Program-made: the position numbers and the translations under genes
Assembly (NCBI GenBank): GCA_965644315.1
Contig: CBFFRQ010000088.1
Coordinates: forward strand, 179,834-243,833
Length of the DNA stretch: 64,000 nt
Direction: 5' to 3'
From: Caecitellus pseudoparvulus
Taxonomy: Eukaryota > Protista > Bigyra: Bicosoecida
Notes under the pieces: generated by a model
Seen by the model: the letters and a program-made list of their open reading frames with translations, nothing else
Told to the model about the DNA's origin: nothing
Databases searched by the model: none
Shown here: positions 50,711 through 62,481 of the stretch, one piece after another
Layout: each line of letters begins with the position of its first letter
Position numbering within the stretch: the stretch's first letter is position 1

Positions 50711-52882
50711 ATGCCCAGAAAACGACGCAAGGCGCGGCCGGCAGCGTCCGAGGATGAAGCTACAGCGTGGGACTTGCCTGAGCCAGCCTTGGTCCGCATC
50801 GCGCGCTTTGCCGGCTTGCCTGTTCTGCCATCTCTCTTGGCCACGTGCAAGGGCTTCAGGGCAGGTATTCATGGACACCCCGCAGTGTGGGGCGACTCCC
50901 TGAGGGAGGTGTCGACCCGCACAGCTGGTCCTTGCGCAGCAACTCCCGAGGCACGCTTTCACGGCCTGCCATTGCAAGCAGCAGCCCACGCTGTCGTGCG
51001 GGCACCATCGGCCTGGGCCGCGGGGGCTTTTGCCAGCGACGGCGTGTCCTATCCAATCGCAGGCCACTGCTTTTCTTGCCTTGCTTGGGCAGGCAACTCC
51101 ATGCCAAGCGCCGGAGCAGGCCCTCATGGCAGGTTGCTGCTCGCTGGCGCATCTGACGGCAGTCTCAGCATTCTGCAAGCCTGCACCCACGATGCAGGTA
51201 GGGCTGTCCACACCCCTGACCAGGTTCGCTTGCGCAGTCTCCGGCACTGCCGCCTGGAGCAGCACACGGGCCTGGTCTCGGGAGTCGCATCGTGGCCGGT
51301 GCAGCCTGAGCCAGCGCCTGACGTAGACCACCATCGCCACGGCGCAGCGTGCGCGCTGTCTCAGGATGCACCTCAGTGGAGTGCGGGTGTCCCAGACGGC
51401 GACGCTTTCGTCGCGACGTCCAGCCATGACGGCACAGTGCGGGTGTCCCGGCTGAACGTGACCGCGCTGCGCGAACAGGGCCCACACACAACCGACCCGG
51501 AAGTTCTGCAGCCCCGACACTCATGGGGCGAGCCAGCGTTTGGAGCCAGCGTGAATGGAGTCTCCGCCTGCAGCTATGGTCCTGTGCTGGCCTGCGCCGT
51601 GGACTCTGGCAGTGTGGTCCTCACTGACCCGCACTCCGGCAGCGTGTTGTCCACCTTCGCAGCGCACAAGCGCAGCGTGTCTTGTGTGAGCTTTGCACCG
51701 GAGGCAAGTGTGTTGTCTCCGTCATTGCTGGCCTCTGGCGGCTTTGACACGTGTGCCCGCTTGTGGGACGTGCGGGACGGCGGTCCAGCTGTCATTTCCC
51801 TCCCGCAGCTCCCCGAAGAGGCGTTGAAGCGCACTGGCTGGACAGGAAGCCGAGTGGTTGCCACACCACAAGGCGGGGGAGCAGATGACGAGCAAAGCGA
51901 CGGACAAGACCGCCCACGCGGCATTCACGAGCACCATGTGCCCCTGCCAGGCCACCCGTACAGAGTGTACGATGCCCGCTGGAGCCCGGACGGGCTCCTG
52001 CTCGCCACAACTGGCGGGGACTGTGCCGTACGAGTGTGGGACGTGCGGTACACCAGCGAGCCGTTGTTCACCCACAGGCGCATGAAGCGGTGGGTTGAGA
52101 GTGTTGCATGGCTCAACGGCTCGCGGGCGCTGGCGGGAGCAGGGCAGGACTGGAATCTGCGGGTATGGGGCCACGAGAGGTTCCGTCAACCACACGCTTC
52201 TCCGCTAACGATGCATCCGATGGTAGGTACAGGAGCGGGTGCAATGGGGGACCGATCTGGACAGGCCCAGTGCTCCTCTCGGGGTGGCTCCCCCCTTCGC
52301 CACAGCTTGCCGACAGTTACCTGTCAGCGGGGCATCGTGGACAGGCACACGTCCCTTGTTCTGAGCCTGTGCAGCGACGGGGAAGACACGCTTGTGTCCT
52401 GCTCTGCGGATGGCTGCCTCACCCTCCGCGTCTTACAACCGTTCACGCACCAGCACGTTCCGGCCCTCGCCCAGCGTCCTCACTTCGCAAGCTGGCGCCG
52501 GGGGCGCACGCCTGGCGCTGCAGCCAGGCACGAGCCCCGTGCACGCTCAGGCTCGCCCCGCTCTTCCACAATCTCTGCAGAGTCTGCTGGGGCAGCGCGC
52601 CTCGCAGCCGGCAGTGAGGCAGGGCCTGCTGCCCGCCACCTGTGCCCTCGGCCTCTGCGTTCCGCCGTGGCCCGCGGCGAGGAGGTGCAGCACACGGCGC
52701 TGAAGCCGGCTGCCATGGATGCCATGGCAAAGGCTCTACCGTCCGTGTCCTGGCAGCAGGGTGGATCAGGCACTGCGCACTTGGTGGGCGCGATGGCCAT
52801 GGCGAGGAAGTCCCTCCGGTCAACCCGTGAGAGGTGGGGAAAGCTGCCCCTTCGGCAACCAGGCGCCGCGTACAAAAAATAA
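50711..52882 (+). CDS. F-box-like / WD40-repeat protein
   Basis: 'DLPEPALVRIARF..L..L..TCKGFR' F-box-like start. WD repeats 'LASGGFDTCARLWD', 'LATTGGDCAVRVWD', 'AGQDWNLRVW', 'LVSCSADG'. Confidence 0.85.
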   Translation: MPRKRRKARPAASEDEATAWDLPEPALVRIARFAGLPVLPSLLATCKGFRAGIHGHPAVWGDSLREVSTRTAGPCAATPEARFHGLPLQAAAHAVVRAPSAWAAGAFASDGVSYPIAGHCFSCLAWAGNSMPSAGAGPHGRLLLAGASDGSLSILQACTHDAGRAVHTPDQVRLRSLRHCRLEQHTGLVSGVASWPVQPEPAPDVDHHRHGAACALSQDAPQWSAGVPDGDAFVATSSHDGTVRVSRLNVTALREQGPHTTDPEVLQPRHSWGEPAFGASVNGVSACSYGPVLACAVDSGSVVLTDPHSGSVLSTFAAHKRSVSCVSFAPEASVLSPSLLASGGFDTCARLWDVRDGGPAVISLPQLPEEALKRTGWTGSRVVATPQGGGADDEQSDGQDRPRGIHEHHVPLPGHPYRVYDARWSPDGLLLATTGGDCAVRVWDVRYTSEPLFTHRRMKRWVESVAWLNGSRALAGAGQDWNLRVWGHERFRQPHASPLTMHPMVGTGAGAMGDRSGQAQCSSRGGSPLRHSLPTVTCQRGIVDRHTSLVLSLCSDGEDTLVSCSADGCLTLRVLQPFTHQHVPALAQRPHFASWRRGRTPGAAARHEPRARSGSPRSSTISAESAGAARLAAGSEAGPAARHLCPRPLRSAVARGEEVQHTALKPAAMDAMAKALPSVSWQQGGSGTAHLVGAMAMARKSLRSTRERWGKLPLRQPGAAYKK

Positions 52883-53257
52883 TGCCCGGCCTTGCCCTGA
52901 AAGTCGTTTTTGAAAGCTCCCTGTCGTGGTCCAGCTCGGGGTCCGGCAGCATGGAGTGCACGGCCCCCCTGGAGGCTTCGAATCTTGCGGCAGCCAGACG
53001 CGCACCAGCGCGGTTGAGCCCGCCAGAGCAGTCCTGTGCACAGTTGCAGCCTGCACGCAATTTACAAGCCAAACTGCCTTTTGCAGTTGCTCCTCGTGCA
53101 CAATCTGCTCCACCTTGCTGCAGGATTCCCTGCAAGCAGCCCGTTTCACGCCTGCAGCTGAGTGCGAGTCAGGCAAGGAGCGGCAAGAGCCCAAGCTTTG
53201 TGAAGTGCACCCACGCGGACGTGTTTCTTCCCCACGCCCCCTGCCCCTCTTGACGCC

Positions 53258-56200
53258 ATGGCGAGCCACTCATTCCACGATAGCATCACAGGTGCGATTG
53301 TCAGCGGAGAGCTCTGGTCTGGCAGCGCCGCAGAGGGGTCCATCCAAGCCAAGCGCGCGCCTTCGTCAAGGAGTGCTCTGCCCTCTGGCAGGCTCCGGAG
53401 CGGCACCATCGACATTGCCCGTGCCCTCACAAGCTCCATCGACGCAACAGAGGGCACTGTCGCCCGCGTCCTGAAAGAACTTGGGGTGACGGATGTGAGC
53501 TTCGGGCTGCCCTCTGCTGAGGCGGCCAAGCGCCTGGCAGAGGGCGGGCCCAACGAGCTGGCGGGAGAGGAGGTGTGTCAAGTGCACTGCCCCTGATTGG
53601 CGTTGCATTGCAAGTGTGCACTGTGCCCGCCTTGCGCGTTCTGCAGGCAATGCCGCTGTGGAAGCTCATCCTGCTGCAGTTCTTGAACATCATCATCCTG
53701 CTCCTCGTGGCGGCAGTGAGTGACGGGGCCGCGCCCGGGTGCTGGTTGTGTGGCTTTCCCTGACGTCACACCACCGCCGTGCCTTCCCCACAGTGCATCG
53801 CTTCTTTTGCCCTCGGAGAAGTCATTGAAGGCATCGCAGTGCTCATCATTGTCGTGCTGAACATCAGCATTGCCGTGTACACGGAAAAATCCGCCAACGA
53901 CAGCCTGGCAGCGCTGGCCGAGATGTCGGCACCCACCTGCACGGTGGTGCGCGATGGTGAGGCAACTTCCCTTGACTCCCGTCTGCTGGTCCCCGGAGAC
54001 ATCTTGCGCCTGAGCATGGGCGACGTCGTGCCGGCAGATGTCCGGCTCATTTCCGGCGTGGATGTCAAGACGAACGAGATGCCGCTGACGGGCGAGAGCG
54101 CAGACGTTGCTAAGCGTGCTGTGGACCTGCCCCCCTCGGCAGCCGGCTCAACTACGCTGACCCCCGAGAACAAGCTCTTCAGCGCAACGACCGTCACGTC
54201 TGGATCCGGCGTTGGCGTTGTTGTTGCGACGGGCATGCACACCCGTGTGGGGCAGATTGCTGCGCTGCTGGCTGGCGGCGAGGGACCGGAAGGCCAGGAA
54301 GCGCCCGGCTGCTGCGCCGGCCTGCAGGGGCACGCCCAGCGCACCCCTCTGCAGGAACGCCTGCACCGCCTGGGCATCTACATTTCCATCTGTGCGCTGC
54401 TGGGGTGTGTGCTTGTGTTCCTGATTGGGCTGTGGCGCGGGTACCGCGACCCAGAGCATCCCGGGAACCCCCCTGCTGTGCAGCTGGTCCTGGTGTCCGT
54501 CTCTCTCGCTGTCTCTGCAGTGCCTGAGGGCCTGCCCCTGTGTGTGACGATTACCCTGGCTGTCGGCACGTCTGTGATGGCTCGAGTGCACAACACCCTC
54601 ATCCGACAGCTGCCGGCCGTGGAGTCCCTTGGCTCTGTGCAAGTCGTGTGCTCTGACAAGACTGGCACCCTTACTGAAGGCAAGATGACCGCGGTGAAGG
54701 CTTGGCTGCCCGCTGCCAGCGGTGCTGGGACTGAAGTCAACATTGGGCCGGGTAAGAGCCTGATCAGCGGAGGCGGTTGCAGCTTCACAACGACTCAAGG
54801 CACGACGCTCCTGTCGCGCGACCCCAGCATGCCAGCAGACGCAGCTGAAGCCTCAGCTTCCAAGGCGGCCCAGCTGGTGTCCCTGCTTCGCAGCACGCTG
54901 CTGAACTGCACCGCCCAGCTGGAAGTGCAAGCGGCTGGACAGGAGGAGCCGCACCCCCTTGAGGAGGCTGATGTGCAGGAGCTGGAGCATGAAGTGCACG
55001 CCCCACCGTCCTTCTCTGTGTCTGGCAACGCCACGGAAGCCCCATTGGTCAAGGCCGCGGCCAAGGCCGGGCTCTTCAGCTATGCTGTGGGTGCTGAGTT
55101 CCCACCCTTGCATCCCACCGAGTCCGGCGCGGAAGCCACCGTGGAGGTGCCCTTCACTTCAGCACGCAAGCTCATGATGCAGGTGGTTCGAGTGCCAGAG
55201 GGTGTCACCACTTTCGGAGGGGTCACCTTGCCGGCCGACACTGCCTTCTTGGCCCTCGTCAAGGGCGCACCCAACTACGTCCTGGACTTGGTCACGCACA
55301 CTGCCACAGGGAAGAAGCTTGTGGGGCCAGCTCTGTCTCCCGCCAGCCGCAAGCAAGTGGACGACGCCATTGAAGACTTGTCCTCTCAGGCACTCCGTGT
55401 CATTGCCGTCGCTGCTTGCCCCCTGACAAGCCTCCCCTACACTGACGAGGAACAGGACACCGAAGCCAAGCTCGCGGCGCTGAAAGGCGCTGGGAACTGG
55501 TGCTTGAACGGCCTGCTGGCCAGCATCGACCCTGAGCGCGAGGGCGTGCAGGAGGCCATTGCAACAGCCGCCACGGCTGGTGTTCGCACCGTGATGATCA
55601 CTGGAGACTATCGCGCGACAGCAGTGGCGATCGCGAAGAACATTGGCCTCCTGGCTCCCACCGATGATACTGATGAAGCTGCGACGGACTGCTCGGCGCT
55701 GAGGCCCTTCGAGGACCCCGAGGAATACCTGTCTGCAGTGGACATGGACGAAGTCACGTCTCGCGTCAAGGTGTTCGCGCGCGCTACCCCCCGTGACAAG
55801 CTTGAAATCGTGCGGTCGCTGCAGCGCCAGGGCCTCATGGTGGCCATGACGGGCGACGGCGTGAACGACGCGCCAGCCTTGAACGAGGCAGACATTGGCA
55901 TCGCCATGGGCTTGACAGGCACAGAAGTCGCAAAAGGAGCTGCGGATGTCATCCTCCTGGACGACGCCTTCACCACCATCGTGCAGGCCATCCAGCGAGG
56001 GCGCGTCATCTTCCACAACATCCGTCTCTTCGTCACCTTCCTCCTGGCAGCAAACCTGTCCCAGGTCGTCATCATCCTCACCTGCGTCTCTGCTGGCATC
56101 CCGCTGCCCCTCACTCCCGTGGGCATCCTCTTCTTGAACCTCGCTGTGGGCGGCTGCCCTGCCATGGCAATGTCCATGGAGCCCGCATACGACGGCGTCA

Positions 56201-57114
56201 TGAAGCACCCACCTCGCCCCCGCGCCGAAAGCATGCTCACTCCGCGGGCCCTCACCAAGCTCCTCATCCACACTGCAGCCCTGGTCTGTGCTGCACTCGG
56301 CTCCTTCATCCTTGGTCTGCACCTGTTCGTCGGCAAGTTCACCATCGACGACATCCTCCCAGACTCGGCCGGCGACGCATACCCCGACTGCCTGAAGCTA
56401 GATGACGCAGGGGGCGTGACGTCCTCCCCTGGCACTGAGTCTTGCGCCATTGCCGGCATCCAGCGGGCCCGTGCCCTCTCCTTCCTCGTCATCATGGTGT
56501 CGGAGATCATGCGTGGCATGACCGTGCGCTCAACGCAGCCGTTCTGGGTCGCCCCTCTCCGAAACACCGTCCTGCTCAAGGCTCAGGCGCTGTCCTTGGC
56601 GCTCACGCTCGTGTTCCTCTTCACGCCCCCTCTGCAGAAGGTGGTTGGCGTGCAGCTCATGCCGGGATTTGCATGGGCCATTGCTGCTGCATTCGTCGTG
56701 GGGATCATGTTCGTGGACGAAGTCACCAAGGCGTTCATGCGGGCGGCAGATGCCGCCGAGTCCCGCCACGGCCAGGTCACGGGCGCATTGGGCGACGTCC
56801 TCCTCGAACTCCGCCAGTTGCGGCACCACGTCATGGCCCTGGAAGACAACCTTGGCGTGCGCCAGCACCGCCCTGCCCACTCCCACATCCTCCTCCCCGT
56901 CCCCGAAGGCATTGAAGACGGAGATGACGCCGCGTCCCAAACGGGCGGCTCCGTGGCAGGAGACGGCCATGTCCACGTGGCGCTGGTCAGCACACCACGC
57001 ATCCGTGCCGACGGAGCTGTATCAGGCACTGCATCTTCCCTCCAAACTGTGCTTGATGCTTACCACTCTCGCATGCACAGCGCACCCCCAGGTGGAGTCG
57101 GCACTGCCAAGTGA
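53258..57114 (+). CDS. P2-type ATPase, ATP4/ENA-like; two 5' introns (about 53573-53647 and 53717-53793)
   Basis: GPNEL, LTGES, AVSAVPEGLP, CSDKTGTLTEG, KGAP, MITGD, TGDGVNDAPAL. 'GCPA' in TM6 and 'RALSF...SEIMRGMTVRS' in TM8 resemble the apicomplexan ATP4 clade. Confidence 0.9.
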
Positions 57115-57542
57115 CGCGCTCGTTGGGCGCCGAGAATGCACCACTCCATGGCCCGCAGCCAAACCTTTGGAAGATGGCAAGTAAAGGCGTGCCCCTTGGG
57201 CAATGCCCGCACTTGCATCTTGAGGATGGCCGGTGTGGGCAAGTCCAGGTGTTTCGCCCAATGCGGTGGACGCGAAGGTGGACAAGGTAGCGGACGCAAG
57301 GGAGGGGGGGGGGGTAGAGTGGTAAGCACTGGGAGTTCTGCAGTCCGTATGAAATGCACTTAGGTGAAATAATTTACTCTCTACGATTCGTGAACGCTTG
57401 GTCTTCAGCGAGCGTTCTTCTTTGATTTGCGGCAGCTGGCGGAGGCGTGGGGGAGCGCCAGGAGTTTGCCGCAGCAAGAGCTTGGCATCTTGAATACGTA
57501 GGAAGCTAAGGCAGAAACGCAGTGGAAAGTGGGGCACTAACG

Positions 57543-59616
57543 ATGAACCCATTTGGCGCTGGTGGACTGTTCGGCAGTCTTGGGGGCTGGTTTGGCTCGC
57601 AATCTCAGCCCCAGACCCAGTCTGTCTCACAACCAAATTCCGCAGGCGTGTTTGGCGCTGGCGCAGGCCAGCCGTTGATGGGAATGGGGGCTTCTAGCAG
57701 TCAAGGAATGGGATCTGGCCTGCAAAGCCAATCTACATGGGGCGGCACTGCCACTAGCCTCGGTGATGCGCACGGAACAAGCGGTGGCATCGGTTCTGGA
57801 CTCCAGCCAAGCGGTGGCGGTGGTCAAGGTAGGAGAGGTCGCGGGGGCAGTGGTGGTGGAGGTGGTGGTGGATTGAACCTGTTCAGTGGCGGAGGCAGTG
57901 GGGTGGGCACATCGCCTGGGGTCTCTGGGGGCGGCCGCGGGAGGAGTGGAGGTAAGGGGAAAGGCCGGGGGCATGCGGATGGAGGTGGCGGGAGTGGAGG
58001 GAGTGGGCTGATGGTGGGCGGAGGCGGTGGTGGATTGAACCTGTTCGGGAGTGGGGGTCGGAGCGCTGGAGTGGGCACATCGCCTGGGGCCTCAGGGGGC
58101 GACCGTGGGAGGAGTGGAGGGAAGGGGAAAGGCCGGGGACAGGCGGATGGAGGTGGTGGGAGTGGGCTGATGGTGGGCGGTGGAGGTAGCGGTGGAGGCG
58201 GTGGTGGATTGAACCTGTTCGGGGGCGGAGGCAGTGGGGTGGGCACATCGCCTGGGGTCTCTGGGGGCGGCCGCGGGAGGAGTGGAGGGAAGGGGAAAGG
58301 CCGGGGGCATGCGGATGGAGGTGGTGGGAGTGGAGGGAGTGGGCTGATGGTGGGCGGAGGCGGTGGTGGATTGAACCTGTTCGGGAGTGGGGGTCGGAGC
58401 GCTGGAGTGGGCACATCGCCTGGGGCCTCAGGGGGCGACCGTGGGAGGAGTGGAGGGAAGGGGAAAGGCCGGGGACAGGCGGATGGAGGTGGTGGGAGTG
58501 GGCTGATGGTGGGCGGTGGAGGTAGCGGTGGAGGCGGTGGTGGTTTGAACCTGTTCGGGGGCGGAGGCAGTGGGGTGGGCACATCGCCTGGGGTCTCTGG
58601 GGGCGGCCGCGGGAGGAGTGGAGGGAAGGGGAAAGGCCGGGGGCAGGTGGATGGAGGTGGTGGGAGTGGGCTGATGGTGGGCGGTGGAGGTAGCGGTGGA
58701 GGCGGTGGTGGATTGAACCTGTTCGGGGGCGGAGGCAGTGGGGTGGGCACATCGCCTGGGGTCTCTGGGGGCGGCCGCGGGAGGAGTGGAGGGAAGGGGA
58801 AAGGCCGGGGGCAGGTGGATGGAGGTGGCGGGAGTGGGCTGATGGTGGGCGGTGGCGGAGGCGGTGGTGGAGGTGGTGGTGGATTGAACCTGTTCGGGGG
58901 CGGGGGCGGAGGCAGTGGAGTGGGCACATCGCCTGGGGCCTCTGGATGCAGCCGTGGGAGGAGTGGAGGGAAGGGGAAAGGCCGGGGGCATGCGGATGGA
59001 GGTGGTGGGAGTGGGCTGATGGTGGGCGGTGGAGGTAGCGGTGGAGGCGGTGGTGGATTGAACCTGTTCGGGGGCGGGGGTGGGGGCGCTGGAGGCGGAG
59101 CGGCTGGTTTAGTCAGTGGGAGTGCAGGTTTGTACAGTGCGGATGGGTTTCTTGGTTCAGGCCCGGCTGAAGCCCAGGATCACCCGGCGCAAGTTTCCCA
59201 CTTTGGTGGACCAAACTCGTCTCGACAGCAGAAGTCAGCCAAGCGAGAGAGGCCTTCAGGGGGGGCGTCTCGCAACGAAGAGCATGGTTTTGCTCGCAGC
59301 GTTGGCACGTCGGGAAGGGCTCGTCAAGGTTCTCAGACTCGGGAGCGTGAAGGAAACGAGCTGTTTGTGCGCGGGGTTCCAAAGCAAGCCACCGCGGATA
59401 CCATTGCAGCTGCCTTTGCAACTGCGGGACAAGTAGAACACGTGTGGTGGAGCGCAGCCAAGGGCTTGTCACTGGTGAGGTTCGTCGACCATGCAGGGGC
59501 GGCTGCGGGGCTGAGGAGGGTGAAGAAGGTGTCAGGGAAGGGGGTTAGGGGGTTAGCCAATTCAATGCATTGCAACTTGCCTTCACGCTTGCACGTGGTA
59601 CAGCTTGGGCGTCACG
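57543..59616 (+). CDS. Gly/RGG- and FG-rich repeat protein with an RRM; probably interrupted at about 59615 (frame continues to 59993)
   Basis: ATG 57543 'MNPFGAGGLFG', then the repeat array, then the RRM 'ELFVRGVP...AFATAGQVEHV...KGLSLVRF'. A probable 75-nt intron at 59529-59603 is followed by sequence that no longer looks protein-like. Confidence 0.6.
57860..59080 (+). repeat. Coding minisatellite: 8 copies of the LNLF core, unit length 162-174 nt
   Basis: The g(a/t)ttgaacctgttc core occurs at 57871, 58033, 58207, 58369, 58543, 58711, 58882 and 59056. Spacings are 162, 174, 162, 174, 168, 171 and 174, all multiples of 3. Confidence 0.95.
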
Positions 59617-59960
59617 TGTGGCGCACGCTGCTGTGCACTAGGCACAGCAGGAGCGCCACAGCGGCTCCCACTCTCGTGGGTCTGCAGCCATCACGGACAT
59701 ACGTCCGTTGTATGAGCCGCCGCTTGCTAGGGCGCGCCCGCGCCCGCCCATACGTGTCGAACTGCCCCGCCCGCGCCCTCTCGGCTCAGTCGGCTGAGCC
59801 AGAGAGGGCCGGGCCCACTCCTACTTCGTCCCAGTCCACACTTCGCTTCATAATTCAGAAACCCCCCGCATCTCCTGGCCCTCGCCAGGCACTGCACACG
59901 TGCCTGGGGCCACTGCGCGCTGCCCTGAGCCGCAGTGGCCGCCTTCGGGGTGGCGTTTCA
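59617..59960. other. Cluster of strong inverted repeats; candidate structured 3' end of the adjacent retroelement
   Basis: Paired arms at 59617-24/59653-60, 59628-36/59642-50, 59661-66/59715-20, 59693-98/59703-08, 59775-89/59794-809, 59885-92/59900-07 and 59908-17/59931-40. Confidence 0.6.
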
Positions 59961-60387
59961 CGACGGTGTTGCACTGCACCACGCAGGTGGTAGCAGCGCG
60001 CACCGCCGGAACAACGCCCCCCGCGACCAAGAACACCAAGAACACCTCCCCCTCTTCACAGAACATCCAGCTGATTCATCAATCAAGGCCCTGAGGACCG
60101 GTGCGCCCCGCCTGCGACGTTTCCCCGCGCGCCCGCGTGTTCACCCTGCCAAATTCCGCGCGCCCCGTCACAGGATTTTCACTGGAGCTGCACATGGACC
60201 CCGAGCCATCATGTAAGTATACTGGACACATTCACTTCATCATCTTCCAACTTTCCACAGGTTTCATCATCGATCAAGGACATCGCCTCCATGCGCACCT
60301 GCACTTCGCTCAACCACAACCGTGGTTGTCACCACGCCACGCCGTAAGCTTGCACCGCCTCGCGCCGCGCTCTACACACATCGCCCG

Positions 60388-62481
60388 CTACTCAGAGTCG
60401 GATGGACACTTCAAGGACGACCCAGAGGACGACGCCGAGGATGACATCGACGGTGCCGGAGGTTCATCAGGGACTTCCGGCCGTGCCAGCCCGAAGTCGA
60501 GCAAGGTGGCCTGCCTCGTGAAGGAGCGAGGCGGCCGACGAGGAGACTTGACTGGAAAGTAAGTGCGCTCGAAGCGCCGCGTCTTCACGTCCCGCACATG
60601 CTTCCTCACAGTACTCGGATCAGGAGCCGAGTATCCAGGGAGGGGACACATTCGTCCGTGCGCGGCCCACCAGAGGTACCGGGCGTGCCTCTGGATGTGG
60701 TGGTCGGCACGAGAGGTAAGGCTGAGCATGCACGTCACCACCGCGTCCCACGCAGATACCGCGAGGCCCGTGGCGGCTACCAGGGCCTCGCGCCAGTACT
60801 TGGGGGGGCGGAGTGGACCCGAGGAGCCGCGGAGAGTGACATGAGGGTTACTCAGAACCGCGGCTGCCTCGGGACTCCAAGGCTGCTGTGCTGGGGGCTG
60901 GCCCCACCGATGGGGCCACTGGCCGCACAGCAGCAGTCGCAGCAGCAGCAGGCGACCCGGGCGGCCCAACAAGCGGCCTTCGTCGGCGTGGACAACGGCA
61001 TCCAGCAGTGAGGGGGGTACTTGGAGGAACTGGCAGTTGGCAACCCCCCTCACTGCATCATTGGATCTGGACAGGAAGGTCCGCACCTCGGACAGGGCGG
61101 ACCTTCTCGCAGGGGCCAAGGCGTGGTGGGGGCAGTCCAAGAGGACATGCTCCTGCAGGCTGCACCACGAGACGCTGTGGCACAGGGGGCAGGCGCTGAA
61201 CAGTGTCGGGGTGTCATCCCCGTTGAACACTTGAAGCGTCTGCCACAGGTGCACCTTCACACGTCTCTCCTGATCGCCTTCGTGGACCCAGAAGACTGGG
61301 TTCACAGAGGAAGGGATCGGGTGCAGCCAGGCGAAGAAGCGAGCGCCCACACCGATGTGGTACTCCTTCGGACGCCTGGTGGCCTTCATCTCCCCCGTGG
61401 GAGTGTAGCCAACTGCACCGCACCTGACCGTCTGGGCCACATGAAGGAAGGAGGCAACGACACGCTGCCGAGTGGCCCAGGGGGTGGTGTCCGGGAACTG
61501 GGGGGCCGCAGACAGATCCGAGGACTCCGCCGCAGCGAGTCCAAGCAGCTGGATCTTGGGGGGGGCGGGGTCCATCCCAGCGGTGATGTCGACCCCGTGT
61601 GTGTCTGGGGCCGAGTCAGGCGGCGACTCCAGGCACACAGCCTCCAGGCGTGCGCGGTCAGGGAGGCATCCAAGGAGCCAGAGGTCAAGTAGACCGTGTA
61701 AGGCCCATGGATCTGGGATGCCTCCAGCGCCTGGCCTGTCGAGGCGGACATTGGCCAGGAAGATGCCGGCCATGTCCAAGGGGGAGGGCAGCAGGTCCAG
61801 GGCTTGGCGCAGGCTGATGGACAGCGCCTTGGCCATGGGGGTGGGCACTTGGACATTCTTCAGCAGCTTCATGAAGATGTTGCTGCGGAGTTTCGTCGCC
61901 CGGATGTGTGTTGGCAAGACGCCGCACACAGCAAGCTTCGCATAGTTGTGCATGCGTGCCAGCGAGCTTTGCATCCCCAGCTGGGCCTTGCTGAAGGCGA
62001 TGGCAACTCCACGATCGACGTCCCGCAAAGGCAGCACCGAGTTGCTGACCTGGGACGCCAAGATGTAGTCGGCGGCACTGTTGATGGAAGCAGTGCCGAT
62101 CCGCTGCTTCAGGATCGGACTCAGCCACGCACTACTGAGGAGGGCGCCGCAGCCGAACCCAGCCCGAGTGCAGGACAGAGTGGCCTGCCTCGTGGCAAGC
62201 AGTCGGGTTCGGCTGATAGTTTCAGACAGGGGGACACCCAAGTACGAGTAGGTGCTCGTGCGTTGGATGGGTGTCCCCTTGACCTTCATGGACTGCCCTG
62301 ACCTCAACCAGCGGGATCGCCAGATGAGCTTCCGCCGCTCCGTGGCTGACACCCCATTGACCTGCTGCGCCCCGGTGAGGACCATGACCCCGGACTTGCG
62401 CGGGTTGATGGCCAAGCCCACCCGGCTGCCCAAGGCCTTCACTTCAAGGAACATCCGGTGGAGGGCAGCAGGGGTGGGGGA
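60388..62481 (-). mobile_element. Non-LTR retrotransposon (LINE-like) ORF2 fragment: C-terminal RT, thumb and CCHC zinc finger
   Basis: 'SPTPAALHRMF...VGLAINPRKS' and 'YSYLGVPL' are RT motifs that lie downstream of YADD. 'CPLC...EHVLLDCP' is the CCHC finger. The frame is cut by a stop at the 62481 junction. Confidence 0.8.

Noticed and set aside
57824-58991. Pro-rich and His-rich repeat ORFs on the minus strand
   Set aside because: Mirror frames of the Gly-rich repeat. Only the plus frame connects an ATG to a recognisable RRM.
57860-59080. CRISPR-like regularly spaced repeats
   Set aside because: The intervening sequences are themselves repeated, all spacings are multiples of 3, there are no cas genes, and the context is eukaryotic.
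59661-59720. Hammerhead ribozyme in the three-way junction
   Set aside because: No CUGANGA/GAAA core on either strand.
60388-62454. Group II intron maturase, DIRS/Ngaro element, or Fanzor/TnpB with guide RNA
   Set aside because: The RT C-terminus followed by a CCHC finger fits a non-LTR element. I saw no RNase H, tyrosine recombinase, RuvC or domain-V motif.
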